Source: Ophelia neglecta
Lineage: Eukaryota
Assembly (NCBI GenBank): GCA_965285935.1
Contig: OZ260662.1
Coordinates: 104,098,001-104,162,000, forward strand
Direction of reading: 5' to 3'
DNA length: 64,000 nucleotides
Shown: in pieces, positions 59,705 to 64,000 of the stretch
Numbering within the stretch: position 1 is the first letter of the stretch
How the letters are laid out: each line of letters begins with the position of its first letter
Notes under the pieces: generated by a model
Databases searched by the model: none
Told to the model about the DNA's origin: nothing
The model's input: the letters and a program-made list of their open reading frames with translations, nothing else
Translations under genes and position numbers: made by a program

Positions 59705-61770
59705 ATGATATTTTTAAAGCTATATTACCTTACCATATTGAATAAACAAATCGGCCTGCCAAAGAATGATTGTGTAGGATTTCCTACTAGCAATTATTAT
59801 ATGTAAAATTGTGCTTATCTAATTAAAACAGCAAGACAAATAAGGCCGACTTTGTTATTTATAGACTATTTACGAATACCGATCACGGAGACTATAACGC
59901 TATCGAGAGCTACCATTTAATCTAAGATAAAAAAAGCAATGAAGATATATAAGTCAGAGTACACCAACCTTGAACAATGCACATAACAAAGCTGCTCGAC
60001 CTCGCAAAAATTGATTTGCGACATTACCGACATTAGACATAAGGCTATCTTTAGGCAGAATACAAGATAACATTTATATCACGCACGAACTACTAGAGAG
60101 ATATAAAACATTAGTATCCACGCTGATAGCAGGAGGGCATATAATAGAATAGAATTCCCATATTATAAACCAGAGTATATTGAATATAAGCAATACAATC
60201 GTTAATTGCAATGCAATAATAAACATTAAAGAAAAAAAAGGAAAGAAATGGTCATATTCAATAGAATCTGCCATTTAATGCGTCTGTTCTTTTAAACCAT
60301 TTGGAGAAAATGAATTGCAAAGAATCATTTATAGCTCTGATAATTTCGGACTTGAAGGGAACGCTCAGGACTTTATAATCTGCTCGTTTGCAATCATTTA
60401 TAGGTATCTGCGCGCTTAGAACCTTATTAATGAAAACTGCTAAATTTAAATTATGTTTATAAATATCCAACACTTAACACTATTTAATATATGTGGGCTT
60501 CCAAACTAAAGCGGGCGGTCATGTTAATATGTTGTAAGGCGTGATTATTCGGCCCAAATAGGGGCCTAACAGAAGCCTAATCATGAAAATATTCCACTGG
60601 TCTGAACAATTAAATCATACAAAGTTCCATCCAGCGTCTTTATATCCTTAAACGTCTGTGACAAAATAACTAGCATATTTAAAACTCGAGAATACGTTCC
60701 GGGCACTTGGCTCAACTTGAAAACATATCGTACGCTTCATAAAAAATCTGGATGTCAATATTGGCCCAATATGCATTTAGGGTCATGTCTCAGAGAGCAC
60801 TTGAGCTTCTTCCATAGGAGAATGTACCTGGGGTTAAATAATCAAAATCATCTTCAGGGTTGGGGGTGGGGTTTACCAACGAACCAATGAGTACTACTCT
60901 GTGCTACGACAAATATTCACTGTCTGTCAATGTGCTTACATGTCGTCTGTGAAAATATTAGGCCTACCCTGCCAAAAGTGGAGCAAAGGCCGACTATTTG
61001 AGTAGTAGCTGTCTCCGGCAAACTATAAGTATGCACTCTAATCTATTGTCTAGGAGTCTATTCTACAGCAGGCTACCACTTGTTCACGCGCATCCTTCCG
61101 GCGCACAAACTATTTTTCGTACAATTCGCACTTGGTCCTTTTATCCTTTAATTTTTCTAGTTTTCAGATAAGTTACCTGCATACTGTTTCTGGATTCATA
61201 CGTTTAACTGTTTGCTTTCATTATGACCCCGTTCGTACGCGCACCATCCAAAACGAATGAATAAAAACTGTAATATCGGCGTTTTTACATTAGAATTTTT
61301 CATTTCCGGTAAATCCAACATGGCACCTGGGGGGAGACTGGAAATCACGTTTCTGGAGTTTGTTAAGTACAACTTTAGTTCAATCTATTTGTTGGAACTC
61401 ATCGTTTTGTCTACATTCATGTAGTTGCCAATTCATGCTTCGCCCGCTATTATGGTAACCAGTTCATAGCATGCTGCATAATGATGAAGTAGTCACGAAT
61501 TCTTTTCATGTAGTAGCAGAAGTAGGGAGACATGTTGTCAGTTATTGTCCAAAACACTTCTCGATTAGTTGGATAGTTATAGCACTCAGTAAGCCTATGA
61601 ACTATCATGTCCCGACAATTGTCCACACAAAAGAGACGGCGTCCCAGAAGACTAAACAGTCCCACGTACTCTATAACATTAGGCCTTCGATTCAGACAGG
61701 AACGATGTATCGAATATTATCATGACTTTAATTCAGTATTATGAGATTTTTCATGAAACTCTTCAATACA

Positions 61771-64000
61771 TTAACTTTTTGAACTTTTATTCACTCAGGA
61801 ACTCCGTGTGGAGTATGGAGTACAAAAATTATAAATTATTTTCCATAAACAGCACATAAATACAGTTCTTAATTAAGAGAAGTTTGTCATTACAACACCT
61901 GATTTTCTGATAAACACTGCTATTTTTACCATACATTTACGATTTTGTAACAGTGATCCGAGTTTATACAGACTCGGTCTAGATCTATAATAGTTTGGGA
62001 TGTATCTTGTACGAAGAGCTTTGATATCTGGAGAGTCGCATTCGAAAAATAAATGGTACTCATCCCCCAACTTTTCACTATTACATAAATTACAGTACCT
62101 CAGATATCTAGGTGTAACAATTCTGCTATGTCTGCCAGTTTCAACAGGGAGTTTATGGTTGCTCAATCTAAATTTACACAGTACTGTTCGAAGGTTTTCG
62201 GGTAAATCAATTAGATATTGTTCAAACTGTAGTTGTTGTTTAAATGAACGGTAAAATGTACACAAATCTTTAGTAGCAATTTCATTACACCAATTCTGTG
62301 TAAAATGGTCTTGTAAAGTACGCTCAACTTTCATTTTTAACCATTTTGTATTTATGTCGTTATGATTCATATTAAAAAGATTACTATTTCCAGTAGAGTC
62401 TAACACATTTTTTACACTGTTGAGCCAAGGGCATTTGTATGTATTATCAATAAAACACGTCATTAATAATTGACAAAGTTTGTAGCATAGTTTGTTAGTG
62501 TTTCCAGTGATCAGCTTTCCCCAGAAAGCCGCCATTCTACTTTTAACGAGGATATCTAGTGGGTACCGCCCCAGTTCGCCATACACCATACCATTATATG
62601 TGCTCTTTCTGACTTTTAGTACACGTTTACAGAAACCAAGATGCGCTGTTTCTATTACTGTATTGTTGCCTCCACCCCAAATCTCACAGCCAAAAGTAAG
62701 AATAGGTACAATGGTTCTGTCATATAATTCCATGATAACATCAATGGGTAAGTTTAGTACATTTGCTCGGCTGAGAAGGCTAAAAGATGCTTTTCTGGCC
62801 TGTTCAACAAGATGTTTCTTGCATAGGTCTACATTTCCATTGTGCTTAATAACAATGCCCAGGTATTTAAAACTATACACTATTTCAACAGTTTTGCCTT
62901 CATAGTAAAATTCAACATTACTGGTCTTTCTTCTACTAAAAATTAACACTTTGGTTTTCTCTACATTGACATTAAGTTTCCATTTTTGACAATAACCTTC
63001 AAGGTCTTTTAATCCTTTCTGGAGATTTTGGGAACTATTGGCAATTAAGACAGTATCATCGGCATACATGATAATGAGAAATTTAAGAGCGTATTCTAGT
63101 TCGAGCACAAAACCATCATTTGACTTGGTTTCTAACGTACTTTCTAGATCATTAACATACAATGAAAATAATATCGGGGACAAGTTTTCACCTTGTCTTA
63201 CACCTACAAGGCTGCTGAAATATTCAGAGCATTTACCATTTACAAGCAGGCACGACTTAATGTTATAATACAGACTTCTAATAGTTTTCATAATTTTAGT
63301 GTCGCAACATATACCTTGGCTGTCAATTTTGTACCAGAGCCCCTCCCTCCAAACAGTGTCAAAGGCCTTCTGGTAATCTACGAAGGCACAAAACATTTTT
63401 TTCTTTGACTTGAGAGAATAGTTTACAAGACAGTAGAGCAACAGAGAATGGTCAAGAGTCCCATAACCACGCCTAAAGCCGGCCTGATTTTCACTAAGAA
63501 GTTGATTAGCTTCGACAAAGTTTGACAAACGTTCATTAAGAAGCGACGTGAAAAGTTTACCAATACACGACAATAAAGTGATACCTCTGTAGTTATTCGG
63601 TTCACTAGTACTACCTTTATTTTTATAAATTGGGACAATTAAGCCAATAGACCAATTTTCCAACACTGTCCCCTCGTCGAGAATACGATTAAACAGTGCT
63701 TTATAAAGAGGGAGCATTTTGATTTTTGTACTTTTTAAGAATTCGTTAATAATGAAGTCACAACCACTGGATTTACCAGTTTTCAGCTTGTCAATACCTT
63801 TGGCTATCTCCTGTAAGTCAAACTGTCTATTAAGTATATCGTCATTCAACATTGGGTGGCTATGGTCTATGGTTACATCAGTGTCGCCTGTATTTATGGT
63901 CTCTACATTATTTAGTTATTTAAAATGTTTAAACAGATCAGCAAAGTTCGCCTTTATATCACCCATCTTCTTATTATTTATGAGGTTCCAGTACATTTTG
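61771..64000 (-). mobile_element. Non-LTR retrotransposon (RT region, RTE-X-like), extends beyond the window; nonsense codon at 63918-63916
   Basis: ORF 63852-61873: NYRGITLLS, VDYQKAFDTV, GVRQGENLSP, YADD, FRLSNHKLPVETGRH, CNLC...HLFFEC. Upstream in-frame KMYWNLIN...HFK*LNN. The 3' end abuts host CTCTTCAATACA (empty site at ~6451-6462). Confidence 0.93.

Overview
AT-rich animal genomic DNA (spliced genes, LINEs, SINEs, MITEs, two N gaps), probably from an invertebrate; the species cannot be determined from sequence alone. The backbone is a tandemly duplicated unit carrying a 5-coding-exon gene for a small secreted coiled-coil + F5/8 type C (discoidin) protein. Copy A (3283-5489) and copy C (56180-59704) are intact. 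Copy B is split: exons 1-2 at 12.1-12.6 kb, exons 4-5 at 33.4-33.9 kb, exon 3 missing, with ~19.2 kb of unrelated DNA in between. That block holds the most interesting object: a minus-strand 6-exon gene (22128->17826, ~762 aa) fusing ~14-15 ankyrin repeats to a NEURL4-type ADP-ribosyltransferase (ART) domain with a full H-Y-E triad. This tankyrase-like layout is built from a non-PARP ART. A perfect kB palindrome and a CRE lie just upstream. The block also holds an orphan exon resembling a tyrosine-motif (ITIM/ITAM-like) receptor tail. The right half has three minus-strand non-LTR retrotransposons: one full-length two-ORF element sitting at the junction of a ~3.15-kb host duplication, one 5'-truncated with a 9-bp TSD, and one with a nonsense codon running off the window. 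There are also a tRNA-derived SINE with TSD and an empty site, several MITEs and minisatellites. All gene models were built by hand from splice signals and reading phase; no database searches were run.
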